This document shows positions 50,751 to 61,195 of a DNA stretch of 64,000 nucleotides, one piece after another. The notes beneath the pieces are model-generated. The model made no database searches, was not told where the DNA came from, and saw nothing but the letters and a program-made list of their open reading frames with translations. Within the stretch, counting starts at the first letter, position 1. Each line of letters opens with the position of its first letter. Source of the stretch: Meyerozyma guilliermondii (taxonomy: Eukaryota); NCBI GenBank assembly GCA_051546255.1, contig CP128821.1, positions 496,001 through 560,000 on the forward strand, given 5' to 3'. The translations under genes were made by a program, and so were the position numbers.

Positions 50751-51935
50751 ATGAACAGCCAGGCTCAGCTCAACCCGACCAAGCTCTCTATTCTTTCGGT
50801 TCCGCGGACTAGATACTGGATCTTTGTAAGCTCTATACTATGTCTTCTCTACCAAGAATCTGCAAAGGGAGACGAAGGTGACTCACTGTGCGAATCAGAT
50901 GAAGATTCTGATAATCCTATGGGCTTTGGGGGCAACCTGAGAGAGGGCACACCTGTAGACAATTTGTCTAGGCAGGGGAAAAACTCGAATGAAAGTGACT
51001 CTGATTCTGAAAGTTCACTTGAAATACAAGATAATGACTACGACGACCAAGACAACTATTTCTTCCATATAGCATTCACGCCCGAAGAGTGTACTATAAT
51101 ATGCTCCAAATCAAAGGCTGACAAGCTTTTCCGAAAACCCTTACAACTTTGCCAACAATTAGGCTACAATGACGTGCAATTGATCCATGAAACCTATATA
51201 AATCTTCAAATGGACAGCGATGGATCTGACAAAAGTCTGCAAATTATCAAGCTCACGCAGCCATTATCGGAGAACGGCATCTCTCTATTTTTCATATCGA
51301 GTCATTTTGGCGATATTGTGTTAATTCCCCATCGATATAAGGAAAAAGTATTGGATATTTTGACAGAAAAAAGGTACCAGTTTTCAGACCTGTCGAACAG
51401 CTTCATCATTTCAAACGTGGGAACCAGCCAGGTTAAAGAGCTGGCTAGCCTTGAGTGGCTCAAGGAAAACCATACAAGGCCCCTAATTAATACCAACATC
51501 AAGTTACTTCTCACCGGTTCCCGTTCTGGCGAAGTGACAAACACAATAGTCAAAAGTGCTACAATTATAGCCACCGACAAAGTACCTCCGTACTTCTCCA
51601 TCACAAGAACGTCAATCAACGAAGTGTCGTTAATTCTTCCCAAATCTCCTAAAAAAAGAGCGGCTCTAGGTTTCAGCTCAAGAGATACCATCGGCTCGGA
51701 GCAAGATGTCATAATTCCAATTATCGTAGACTTGTCGCTGCTCCCATTCGACTCGCCCGGTATAGTGGCTGGACTTGCTAGCAAGATAATGTTGGGTGTG
51801 GAAAAGCTTCCGCATGCGGTTAGCTATCCATTTGAAATGAACTACTTGTCTATGGCAAGAGCCGGAATAATAATGATACCCCAAGAGAACGTTATGTTTG
51901 TGTCCAAGGTACTCAATGACGACATAGACGAGTGA
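50751..51935 (+). CDS. CASTOR/GATS-like ACT-domain protein
   Basis: 'FFHIAFTPEECTII', 'LTQPLSENGISLFFISSHFGDIVLI', 'YFSITRT...EVSLIL' and 'GIVAGLAS..MNYLSMARAG' match the repeated ACT modules of CASTOR-type proteins. Confidence 0.7.
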   Translation: MNSQAQLNPTKLSILSVPRTRYWIFVSSILCLLYQESAKGDEGDSLCESDEDSDNPMGFGGNLREGTPVDNLSRQGKNSNESDSDSESSLEIQDNDYDDQDNYFFHIAFTPEECTIICSKSKADKLFRKPLQLCQQLGYNDVQLIHETYINLQMDSDGSDKSLQIIKLTQPLSENGISLFFISSHFGDIVLIPHRYKEKVLDILTEKRYQFSDLSNSFIISNVGTSQVKELASLEWLKENHTRPLINTNIKLLLTGSRSGEVTNTIVKSATIIATDKVPPYFSITRTSINEVSLILPKSPKKRAALGFSSRDTIGSEQDVIIPIIVDLSLLPFDSPGIVAGLASKIMLGVEKLPHAVSYPFEMNYLSMARAGIIMIPQENVMFVSKVLNDDIDE

Positions 51936-51985
51936 TAGTCTAGATGACGAAGTTATGAGAATAAACAGTACGCAATTAATGTAGA

Positions 51986-52046
51986 AAAGAGTGAAGTTTG
52001 AAAAGAGTGAAAATTGAGAAGAGTGAAAATTGAAGAGTGAAAATTT
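51986..52046. repeat. ~15-bp tandem repeat x4 (AAGAGTGAAAATTG)
   Basis: Read directly in the convergent intergenic gap. Confidence 0.7.
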
Positions 52047-52126
52047 TATGCTACTCAAAGACTACGAGCTGTTAGAGATCAATTCCTCTGAATCTGTTCT
52101 CTAGTCAATGAATATGCTAGCTCTAC

Positions 52127-54500
52127 CTATGCAGCTCTCTTCTTCTTCTTACCCTTAACACTTGTACTCCATCCATCTTCATCGACGGTCTGGACCTTGT
52201 TAGCGCTGCTGGAAATAGCAGCTGTCCATTCCAGCATCGTCACCTTTCCAGTCTGCTGCTCGACTCTCTTACGTCTCTTCAAAAACTCTTCAGCAAATCT
52301 ACGTCCGTCCATAGTAGCTGAAGACGAGTAGATGGTCTCAGCAATAAGAACCGACGAGTCTCCGTTTGCTGGAAGGGCAAGGAAAATATCCAAAAGGTCG
52401 TCCTTAGAAACAGTAGGATAAAGGTTTGTCATAGCTGAGCGAGCCCACACAATAAAGTCTTCTAAAACAGAGACGTTGTTGGAGCTGGTTGGAATCCGAG
52501 TAGCGGAGACCGATCTCAACACCTGAGGAGAAGCAGCAGTAGCAGTGGTGGTGGTAGAGATTACTGGTTGAGAAGTTTTCTTGGCCATAGGCTTTCTTGA
52601 AGCAACTGTGGTCCATGCACCATCATCTTTAGGAACAGAGTTGGCTAAAGCCGACGCAAATGTAGGAGTAGATACAATTGTAGTAGCCTTGGCTACCTTG
52701 GCACGGGCTGCTTCAGCTTCTTCCTTTTGAATTTCAGCGAGCGTTTTGGCGACTGGAGCTCCTGTGGTGGGAACTCCCCAGCTGGCAGTGGAAGGAAGCG
52801 ATGGTCTGGTTTCCTGAGCAGCTTTTTCCTCCAATGCGGCAGCAGCAAAAGCCCTAGCAGCTTCGGCGGATCTGGCTTCAGCTTCGAGTTGTCTTTGTTT
52901 TTCGTGCTTTTCGGCATCAAGAGCTTGGATTTCTTTCAAAGTGAGTTGCGGTTTTCCAACTTGTTCCTTGCCAGCCCATGGAGGAACCACAGGCTGTGAA
53001 GAAGGAGCCGGTGCTGGCTTTTTGACGTCCATTTTCTTCACCACTTTCTTCACCGCAACCGGCGACGTCTGGGCGTTATTGCCGGGCTCACGAGTTTGCT
53101 GAGGTGCTTCTTCAGGAACTGATTCAGAAACTGGTTCACGAACTGGTTCTTGAATTGGCTCATGAGATGGCTCAGGAACTCGTTCCTCACGAGTTTCGCT
53201 CACTTCCACACGACTAGAGACGGTAGGCTCTTCTTTGGGGATTTGTGGTTCGGGTTCAGTTTTAGGTTCAGTTCTGGAATCAATTCTAGATTCAATTCTA
53301 GATTCTGAATCCTCGCTCGGTTTTTCAAGCGTTCCAACGAACGGTGAACTAACCCGCGATGTCAGACCAGCGGCCCACGGAGAAACTTGCGATTGCAGCG
53401 GCAAGCTTGCTAGCGAAGGAGCCATCGCATGAGGAGTGCTGGGACCGGAATTGAGTCCCCATCCACTGGCACGAGCAATTGCCGGATGCTGTTGGTGCTG
53501 CTGGAGAGGTTGCAGCAATAAGCTTGGCATTTGGAGCTGGTTGTGGAGAAAGTTGGAGCCGAAGTTGGAGGCAAAGGGATCCTGAGGAAGAAAATCGCCC
53601 AACATGGACTGAGAAAGCTGGGTCGCTAGCGGTTGCGAGATTTGAGGATTGAGGTTATTGAGGAACGGAAGCGATGTTTGCGGTTCAGATTTAGGAGGTG
53701 GAGGCACATACGCCGGCTGGGGAACCGCAAAGGGCAGAACATAGTTCTGGAGACGTTCACAGAGATCCTTGAGAGTGATGAACTGCTGCTGATGAGGACG
53801 ACGAATACGCAAATCCGGGTTTAGATAGCCCTCCGAAAGCCAATCTTGCATCATTTCACCGTTGAAGGGACCCTGCTCATGGCCAGCAGCATCGAGGTAG
53901 TACCACTCTATTTGCAGCGGAGAAAGCAAGTCTTCATTGGGTGCAAGGTGCTTTGAGGTCGCCGATACTCTACCAAATCCATGGTCTCCACTTCCATTAA
54001 GGGTGCCGTTCGTAGAACCGTTCAAGCCGTTGCGGAACGACACATCCACATTCGATACCTCTTCTTTTTGGCCCATAGAATGGGTATTAAGGTGCGAAAA
54101 ATCGTTGGAAATTTGGTCCACCGCAATATCACCCAAATCGGATCCTTGTGCCTCCTGACGCTCTGTCTGCTGTCCAGGGCCACTGGATACCCCGTTACTC
54201 ACTTCTTCGCTCAATTCAAGGTGGTAAATGGGTCTGGGGTTGCTCAATTTGTAAATCTCACGCGACGGACCTCCGTACGAAGATGACACTATACGGTCCT
54301 TATTGTCAAACCACACCTTGAAAACGTCCTCCAAGGGATACCTTTGGCCGCCTTTATTGGGAGGAACAGTTTGGAGAGTTTCTGACTCGTAGTTTGTTCT
54401 GTATTAGTAAAAGAATGAAGAAGGTGGCGCGATGCGATAATGATGGGGTTGAAATGAATCGCTTTGAAACTAAAAAAACTTACGATGCAATCTGTGACAT
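52127..54500 (-). CDS. SMY2: GYF-domain protein Smy2/Syh1; two exons (54500-54484 and 54398-52127)
   Basis: GYF domain 'WYYLDAAGHEQGPFNGEMMQDWLSEGYL' and 'IAETIYSSSATMDGRRFAEEF'. Intron 54483-54399 with GTAAGT...TACTAATACAG joins ATG 54500 in frame. Adjacent to UMP1, as SMY2/UMP1 are in S. cerevisiae. Confidence 0.88.
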
Positions 54501-54816
54501 AATGTGGGTTCAATTTTGGGATTTTCTTTTGCTAAAAGTAACAATTTGAATGGCAAAGACGTAAAAGTTGTAATCTGATTCAGTATAGGTGCAACCATTC
54601 GACAAATTTTCTCACCGGGTAATGGTGTACGGGTGCAGAAAGGTGTGTAGGGTATGAAGAGAGTATAGGAGGGTGTAAGAACATAAGAGGGAAAGAGTGT
54701 TTACATCGGTCAATTGCAGCGAAGAAACCCACACTCACAATGGCTATTTCCAGTTCTTTCATTTATTCTTTTTCTTCATTTTCTTCTCTACGTCCTCACT
54801 TACTTCTCATTCTGCT

Positions 54817-55239
54817 CTACTTCAACTTCCTTTCGATCTCGCTGTGCATATCCACCACCGACTCGCCCTTGAACACGTCCTCCCAGTCCAAGGAAGCGTC
54901 CTTGGCCATCAAAATATCCCGTGACATGGAATCACTTCCTCCGAGAATCAGTGGCTTGTAATCAGAATTCTCCACAATTTCAAGTTCCATGGTTCTCCGG
55001 ATGGGCTCTCCAGCACCAAATACGCGCCTATATGTCTCCAACCGAGTTTCATGTTGAGTTTTTTCCCAGTTTTGAATTCGAGTTTCCAACGGATGACGAT
55101 TGTTGAGCTTAGATGCAACGCTCACGGGTCCTTCTTGGCCACGAAGAACATCCTGCAAAGCTGGAGCGTGCTCGGCAACTTGACCAAACTTTGTGCTGCT
55201 CACAAAGTCATGGTGGGTATTGTCTGGTACCACGTTCAT
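54817..55239 (-). CDS. UMP1: 20S proteasome maturation factor Ump1
   Basis: 'HPLETRIQNWEKTQ', 'RRVFGAGEPIRRTMELEIV', 'DIL..KDASLDWEDVF' and 'MH..IERKL'. Confidence 0.93.
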   Translation of the reverse strand: MNVVPDNTHHDFVSSTKFGQVAEHAPALQDVLRGQEGPVSVASKLNNRHPLETRIQNWEKTQHETRLETYRRVFGAGEPIRRTMELEIVENSDYKPLILGGSDSMSRDILMAKDASLDWEDVFKGESVVDMHSEIERKLK

Positions 55240-55348
55240 GCTGAGTGAGTGGCGACGTGCGATTCATTTGGTAGCGTAGACCGTAGACCCGTACACCATT
55301 TTAATTCAATACATCCATACATCATATCGATCGGCTGCAATTTTGATT

Positions 55349-56470
55349 CTACGCAAGCAATGGTTCCTCAATTGGGACGTGGTGGCTGTTCTTTTTAAAC
55401 CATTGAGGCACCCACAGCCAGGTTTCCGGGTGTATAACTCCGTTGAAAGCCAAGGTTCCAAGTACCAACAAGACAAACCCAAACATTTGCAACCAAAGAA
55501 ACGATTCCCAGCCAAAGAATAGTGCCAAAATCCACACCAAAAGTGTTCTGCACGCATCAATGGTGGACCGGGCGGTCGCAGACAGAATATGGGTCAAAGT
55601 TATACCGAAATAATTGAAAGCTGCAATAGAAACCATAATCATAATTGATGAAAAAAGCACTATTCCATTGCCAAACATTTGGGAAAACGACTCTCGAATG
55701 TTGAACGGAGACTCAGTGAAATCTTTTGGATTTTGCAAGGCGCCAACCACAAAATTGAGTACAATTAAAACAAAAAGCAAAATTGTACACCCATAAAATC
55801 CTTCAAGGTAAACCAATTTGAGCGGAACGATATCTTTAGCACCCAAAATATGTTCTTCCACAACAAACTGGACGGCTTGACAGAGCTCTGCGACGACAAT
55901 AAGTGATATTCCAACAGCCACCAAAGATGGAGGTTTGTTGATATTGCCGGAATCAGCACCATCTGCATTACTAGAACCACTCAATCCCACCAATGCAATT
56001 CCCAATGTCACCAAGAAAAGTGACGTCCACTCAATTCTGGTGATCTTGCGACCAAGAAATACCACCAGAAGCAACGCTACAAATAAAACCAACGACCCTC
56101 GAATCATCTGGTACACTGAAACTGGAGTGTATAACAACCCCACATTGAGCATAGTTGTGGCACATAAATCACATATCGACGGTATAGCGAGCTTCAACGA
56201 CTCTGACAAGCTCAATTCCTCGGCAGGAACTCCCACTTGAGGTTGCGGACGTTTCGAGCTATACATGTACTTATACACTATATACACTGCCAATTCTCCA
56301 ACAAACATTTGAAGAGTTTGAAGTGCTGGCTGCTCAAAGAAATGCTGATCTGCCACAGGTCCATCACAATTCCGTACGCATTGGTTATCTTGGTACTTGC
56401 TGAAGAGCGAATTGGCACATCCTGTGACAACGGTGCCAAGCACCACAAGTGGAAAATTGACAGTTGTCAT
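55349..56470 (-). CDS. DMT/nucleotide-sugar-transporter superfamily protein (SLC35F6-like)
   Basis: 'TGCANSLFSKYQDNQCV', 'FEQPALQTLQMFVGE', 'PVSVYQMIRGS' and 'SATARSTID..RT', with many hydrophobic segments. Start at ATG 56470. Confidence 0.85.
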   Translation of the reverse strand: MTTVNFPLVVLGTVVTGCANSLFSKYQDNQCVRNCDGPVADQHFFEQPALQTLQMFVGELAVYIVYKYMYSSKRPQPQVGVPAEELSLSESLKLAIPSICDLCATTMLNVGLLYTPVSVYQMIRGSLVLFVALLLVVFLGRKITRIEWTSLFLVTLGIALVGLSGSSNADGADSGNINKPPSLVAVGISLIVVAELCQAVQFVVEEHILGAKDIVPLKLVYLEGFYGCTILLFVLIVLNFVVGALQNPKDFTESPFNIRESFSQMFGNGIVLFSSIMIMVSIAAFNYFGITLTHILSATARSTIDACRTLLVWILALFFGWESFLWLQMFGFVLLVLGTLAFNGVIHPETWLWVPQWFKKNSHHVPIEEPLLA

Positions 56471-57015
56471 TATGCAAGTGATGCAGATTTCTTGCGTTAA
56501 TGTTATGCGTGGGTAATGCGTGTTAACGCGGCATGCGGAGTTGGTACCATGGTGGCCGCGACACGCACGGCCGCGCGACATTATAGCCTCTTGCTGACAT
56601 AAGGATCCGTCTAACGTGAGCCGCATGATGAGCATCGAAACGAGCCGTGGGGTATGATTTTGGAAGACGACTGCACTTTAAAGAAAGGAGCTGTGGAGAT
56701 GAGGTGAAATGAAAGGGATAGCGATGATGGCGAAGAGATTAGAAATCGAGAAAGAAACTCATTGAAAGGATTGGTGGACTGAAAAAATGGGAATACGTGG
56801 TTATTTCAAGACAAATCTTGCAATAACTCAAGTCAGAAGATTGATACCAGCCCCAAATTAAGAGACAGAATACACCCAAGTACAAGAAAGATAACGGTAC
56901 TATCAAAGTCTCAATATCACTCACGGATCAGTCATAATTTGTGCCCAAACTTTCGTCTTGTAACGGGTGATTACCAAGCACAGACCCATCATTACCTAAG
57001 CCGCCCTTTTTCATC

Positions 57016-57025
57016 GAAAAATTTT
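57016..57025. promoter_or_regulatory. RRPE element (GAAAAATTTT) upstream of NOP1
   Basis: Motif ~20 bp before the ATG, next to a partial PAC (TCATCG). Confidence 0.6.
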
Positions 57026-57046
57026 CTTTCCTCACCAATTTTCATA

Positions 57047-57976
57047 ATGGCATTTGGAGCACCCAGAGGTAGAGGCGGTCCAGCAAGAGGCGGCAGAGGC
57101 GGTATGAGAGGAGGTATGAGAGGCGGAGCCCGCGGAGGACGCGGAGGCGCTCGTGGCGGTGCTCGTGGTGGAGCTCGTGGAGGACGTGGAGGACCTCGTG
57201 GAGGCGCTAGAGGAGGAGCTCGTGGAGGAGCTCGTGGAGGAGCCAAGGTGGTTATCGAGCCCCACAGACACGCCGGTGTGTTTATTGCCAGAGGCAAGGA
57301 AGATTTGTTGGTGACCAAGAACGGAGCACCAGGAGAATCTGTTTATGGTGAAAAGAGAATCACTGTTGATGAACCCGCTAAAGTGGAGGGTGAAGCCCCC
57401 ACCAAAATCGAGTACCGTGTTTGGAACCCTTTTAGATCCAAGTTGGCTGCTGGTATTATGGGAGGTATTGACGAATTGGGCATTGCTCCCGGCAAAAAAG
57501 TGTTGTATTTGGGTGCCGCATCCGGAACTTCGGTGTCGCATGTTTCTGATGTAGTTGGACCAGAAGGTGCAGTTTACGCAGTGGAATTTTCTCATAGACC
57601 AGGTAGAGAGTTGATTGGAATGGCCAAAAAGAGACCCAATGTGATCCCAATTATTGACGATGCTCGTCATCCACAAAAATACAGAATGTTGATCGGAATG
57701 GTTGATGCTGTTTTTGCCGATGTGGCCCAACCTGACCAGGCTCGTATTATTGCTTTGAATTCCCACTTGTTCTTGAAGGACCAAGGTACCGTTGTCATCT
57801 CCATCAAGGCAAACTGTATCGACTCGACAGTAGACGCCGAGACGGTTTTTGCCAGAGAAGTGCAGAAATTGAGAGAGGAAAGAATCAAGCCATTGGAGCA
57901 ATTAACATTGGAACCATATGAGAGAGACCATTGTATTGTTGTGGGACGTTATGTGAGGAGCGGATTGAAGAAGTAG
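57047..57976 (+). CDS. NOP1: Fibrillarin, box C/D snoRNP rRNA 2'-O-methyltransferase
   Basis: RGG/GAR N-terminus, '[13 protein letters not shown]', '[14 protein letters not shown]' and '[12 protein letters not shown]'. Confidence 0.98.
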   Translation: MAFGAPRGRGGPARGGRGGMRGGMRGGARGGRGGARGGARGGARGGRGGPRGGARGGARGGARGGAKVVIEPHRHAGVFIARGKEDLLVTKNGAPGESVYGEKRITVDEPAKVEGEAPTKIEYRVWNPFRSKLAAGIMGGIDELGIAPGKKVLYLGAASGTSVSHVSDVVGPEGAVYAVEFSHRPGRELIGMAKKRPNVIPIIDDARHPQKYRMLIGMVDAVFADVAQPDQARIIALNSHLFLKDQGTVVISIKANCIDSTVDAETVFAREVQKLREERIKPLEQLTLEPYERDHCIVVGRYVRSGLKK

Positions 57977-58082
57977 GTAGAGCATGTAATATAATTGCAA
58001 TTGAATTGAATATTGAGTTGAAATAGAACTGATGCAACTGATGATTGAGTGAGATGAGTGAGATGAGTGAGATGAGATTCAG

Positions 58083-58128
58083 CACGTGATATTCTGTCAT
58101 GTGACAAGCAAGCAAATGATCACGTGAC
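58083..58128. promoter_or_regulatory. Paired CACGTG (Cbf1-type) sites upstream of SLX5
   Basis: agCACGTGat at 58083 and atCACGTGac at 58121, with gtCATGTGac between them. Confidence 0.5.
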
Positions 58129-58184
58129 GAGGTTTTATGCGATCGTTTTGGTATTGATTACTTTTGTGCTGTGTCTTCACTACC

Positions 58185-59393
58185 ATGTCAGTTAATATTC
58201 ACAGGAGGCGGTCGGGACGTGCTCTGGACCGCGAGAGCCACGAGGGCAAGCAGGACACAAACTTGGAGCCCTCGGAGGTCAACCAAAATGAAAATAATAA
58301 CCGAAACTCGATTTTGCGAAACTCAAGTGAACCGGTTCTGGAGTCGGTAACCGATCAGGAGGTGGTAGAAGTACTTTCTGACGAAGGAGACAGCATAGAA
58401 CCGCTTTCTATGCTCAGCGATCACGAAGATATTGAAATAACCGGCGTAAATATGGTTCCGCAATCGAGGATATTTCCATCCAGAATCCGCCACCGTCGAA
58501 TACGGCCTCATACCCGGAATGTCCGTCTACGGCGTGACCAGGACACGTCTAGCGATGATATACAGATTGTGGATGAAAGACCGGTGCTGCCGCTGGCTCA
58601 GTTTGACGATACCGAGGAATTCCGCCGGGCTCTCATGGGACGGTTTGGAACCCTCGAGAGTCCTATTGGCACATTTGAGGGCGATTTCGGCCGGGTGGTT
58701 TCGGTGATCACAGGTATGAACCGGTGGCGGCGGCTGGCGGATTTTGGTTCCACTCCTCGTCGTCATCTTCGTCGCCGCCGGCCGGTGCGATACACTTCGG
58801 AACCTCAGTACGAACTAGAATTTCCGTTTCTTGAGGGACCCAGCAGCGACGAGGCGAGTGCCATGGAGAGGTCAATTATGGAGAGAATCGACCGCGAAAA
58901 CGACCGAGATTTGGATGGAAAGTTGCGCCAGGAAAACAAGTATAATACAAAACAGCTCCATGCTAAGCAAGCCATAGCTGCAAACGAGCACCATGGATAC
59001 ACCAACGATATCAATTCCCAAACCGCATTTACATGTGAGCTTTGTGCCGTTCCGTTGGGCACAGGAATCCCCGAGGAGTTCACTCCGAATCCGAAATACG
59101 ATGCAAATTTGGAACGTTATAGCAGGCTCTATAGAGTTCAAGCACCGTGGTTTTGTTCACGGCAAATCTCCCCGGTGGACATTGATTTGTCTAAGAGGGT
59201 GTTTGTTGCCAAATGTGGACATGTATATTGCGGGCGATGCATAAAGAACATTGGCAATCGTCCTCGCCAAAAGCGTGCCAGCAAGCAATTGACGATAGAA
59301 AATCCAGGGTTGAGTTGTCCTCGACGGTGTCCTGCTCCGGAATGCAATCTGGAGTTTCGGGGCAAGCGAACATTCACCGAGTTGTACTTTTGA
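58185..59393 (+). CDS. SLX5: SUMO-targeted ubiquitin ligase subunit Slx5 (Hex3)
   Basis: SIM-like VVEVLSD/IEIT/IQIVDE motifs and a split RING 'CELC...LG.GIP...DLSKRVF..KCGHVYCGRC...C..C'. Adjacent to NOP1, as in S. cerevisiae. Confidence 0.85.
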   Translation: MSVNIHRRRSGRALDRESHEGKQDTNLEPSEVNQNENNNRNSILRNSSEPVLESVTDQEVVEVLSDEGDSIEPLSMLSDHEDIEITGVNMVPQSRIFPSRIRHRRIRPHTRNVRLRRDQDTSSDDIQIVDERPVLPLAQFDDTEEFRRALMGRFGTLESPIGTFEGDFGRVVSVITGMNRWRRLADFGSTPRRHLRRRRPVRYTSEPQYELEFPFLEGPSSDEASAMERSIMERIDRENDRDLDGKLRQENKYNTKQLHAKQAIAANEHHGYTNDINSQTAFTCELCAVPLGTGIPEEFTPNPKYDANLERYSRLYRVQAPWFCSRQISPVDIDLSKRVFVAKCGHVYCGRCIKNIGNRPRQKRASKQLTIENPGLSCPRRCPAPECNLEFRGKRTFTELYF

Positions 59394-59637
59394 GACAAAT
59401 TCGAAAAATGTCAGAATTACTGGAATGAAGGATTTGAAAGACAACTCCCGTTTATTATAATCCTGAAAGGGACGAACTTCAAGGAAGTTGTAATACTCGA
59501 CTTCCATGTCATTTTGAGTACTCAATACTGATACTAGACTGAGACATGGAGTGCTCAAAAAGCACTTTAATACCAACTCTCGAAATACTTAGCTCTCTCC
59601 TAATCTACAACAACCCCAATATTCATTTTCTCATTAC

Positions 59638-61041
59638 TTAATCAATACGAGCTTCCGACAATGTCAATGGTTTGATGTTATTGGAGAACACCGACGATCC
59701 GGTCTTGAATCGGTTGATTTTCTTCAACTTTTCTCTCACCACCATCACCGGCACCGACAGTTTTGTCACCAAATAGTTGGACAACGAACCCAAAAGCACT
59801 CCTTTGATGGCCGACTGGCCTTTGGAACCCACCACAACCAACGTTGGTTGCAAATTATCTATAAACTCCAAAATTAAATGACGAGGAATAGGATGGTGGA
59901 TGATCTCGATAACGATGTGGATCTGAAGTTTGGTGAGTTTTAAAAGATTGAGAACCTGCTGTTTTGCCTTGTTGAGCATATTGAGTCTGGTTTGTTCGCG
60001 AGCTGCTTCATTGTTGGTGTTTCCTTTCAAGTGGTGGTTGGTATCGGTTTCCTCAATAATACACACGATGAAGAGCACGGAACCATCCACCAAAACCGTT
60101 CCCAACGACCACTCAAGGGCAAAGATGGACTCGGGAGAAAAGTCCATACACACCAAAAACATCTTGGGCTTGACTCGAGGGTCAATTAGCTGGAAAAAAT
60201 TGCCCCGAGTGATGGTCTGGATCACCCTGGAGTACGCCTTGTTGGAATCGACTTCGCCTTCTCGGATGGTTTCGTTAAGTTGCGACGCAAATTCCGAGTC
60301 GAGTTTATCCTCCACCGCAGAAGTATATGGCACCATAAAGTCCTTGTCGTCGTCTTTTCCCTCTGCCACTTCCTGGTCGGCGTCAGGAGACTTGGTGGCA
60401 TGGCGCAAGCTGGCACTGGGGTCGTTTTCCTGGTGGATAATTTTCTTTCTGTAGGTGGAATAATCTTCAAGTTTCTGGCGTCTGGCTTGAGCGTCCTGGT
60501 CGCTTCTACCCAAATCCACAACCTGTCCCGTGAGCGCCTGTTTTTCCAGCTCCAATTGCCGGAGCGCTTCCTGGTCAATCTCCTTACCGGCGTTTTTAGC
60601 ATTGGCAAACGCTCGCTCGGTGGCCGTAAGTTCTTCCAATCTTTGGATGGTGGACCGGTCATTGAGGTTCGAGTTTTCCAAAATCATCGAGATTTCCGAC
60701 ATCTTATCGTCCTGACAAGCATAATTGGGTAAAATGTTACCGGTATCGTCATATTGCAATTTGGTGTTTTCGTCGTCGTCACTAATATGTTCTTCCTCAC
60801 TAACTTCATCCTCCCACAAACCTTCGTTGGCGCTCTCGCCGTCCTTGACCAACCGCTCCAGCGGGTCGTGGTTCACTATCAGCCATTTTAAGTCTTTTTG
60901 AATGTCATCGTTCAGACGAGACGACGACCTGCTTCTTTCGTTTTTGTTACGAGAAGGAGACAAAGAACGTCCACGTCCTGAAAGTGATTTCTGGATGATT
61001 GCGAGCTTTTCTGCTTCCAATTTGGACTGCCTGGATGCCAT
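59638..61041 (-). CDS. Universal stress protein (USP)-domain protein
   Basis: 'FLVCMDFSPESIFALEW..GTVLVDG' and 'LVVVGSKGQSAIKGVLLGSLSNYLVTK(S)SVPVMVV'. Confidence 0.88.
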   Translation of the reverse strand: MASRQSKLEAEKLAIIQKSLSGRGRSLSPSRNKNERSRSSSRLNDDIQKDLKWLIVNHDPLERLVKDGESANEGLWEDEVSEEEHISDDDENTKLQYDDTGNILPNYACQDDKMSEISMILENSNLNDRSTIQRLEELTATERAFANAKNAGKEIDQEALRQLELEKQALTGQVVDLGRSDQDAQARRQKLEDYSTYRKKIIHQENDPSASLRHATKSPDADQEVAEGKDDDKDFMVPYTSAVEDKLDSEFASQLNETIREGEVDSNKAYSRVIQTITRGNFFQLIDPRVKPKMFLVCMDFSPESIFALEWSLGTVLVDGSVLFIVCIIEETDTNHHLKGNTNNEAAREQTRLNMLNKAKQQVLNLLKLTKLQIHIVIEIIHHPIPRHLILEFIDNLQPTLVVVGSKGQSAIKGVLLGSLSNYLVTKLSVPVMVVREKLKKINRFKTGSSVFSNNIKPLTLSEARID

Positions 61042-61195
61042 TAAACGTGTTAGGTGGTACTATAAAATGACTTGCAATTACACCGCAGTGTTGTTCGCTA
61101 TCTCGACCCCAGTTGCGACGTGGGGTGTGCGCTGTCTGCAGGACGCCAAGCCCGGAAAAGTTTAACCGAATTTTTTAGAATTGGGCTATGTATCG

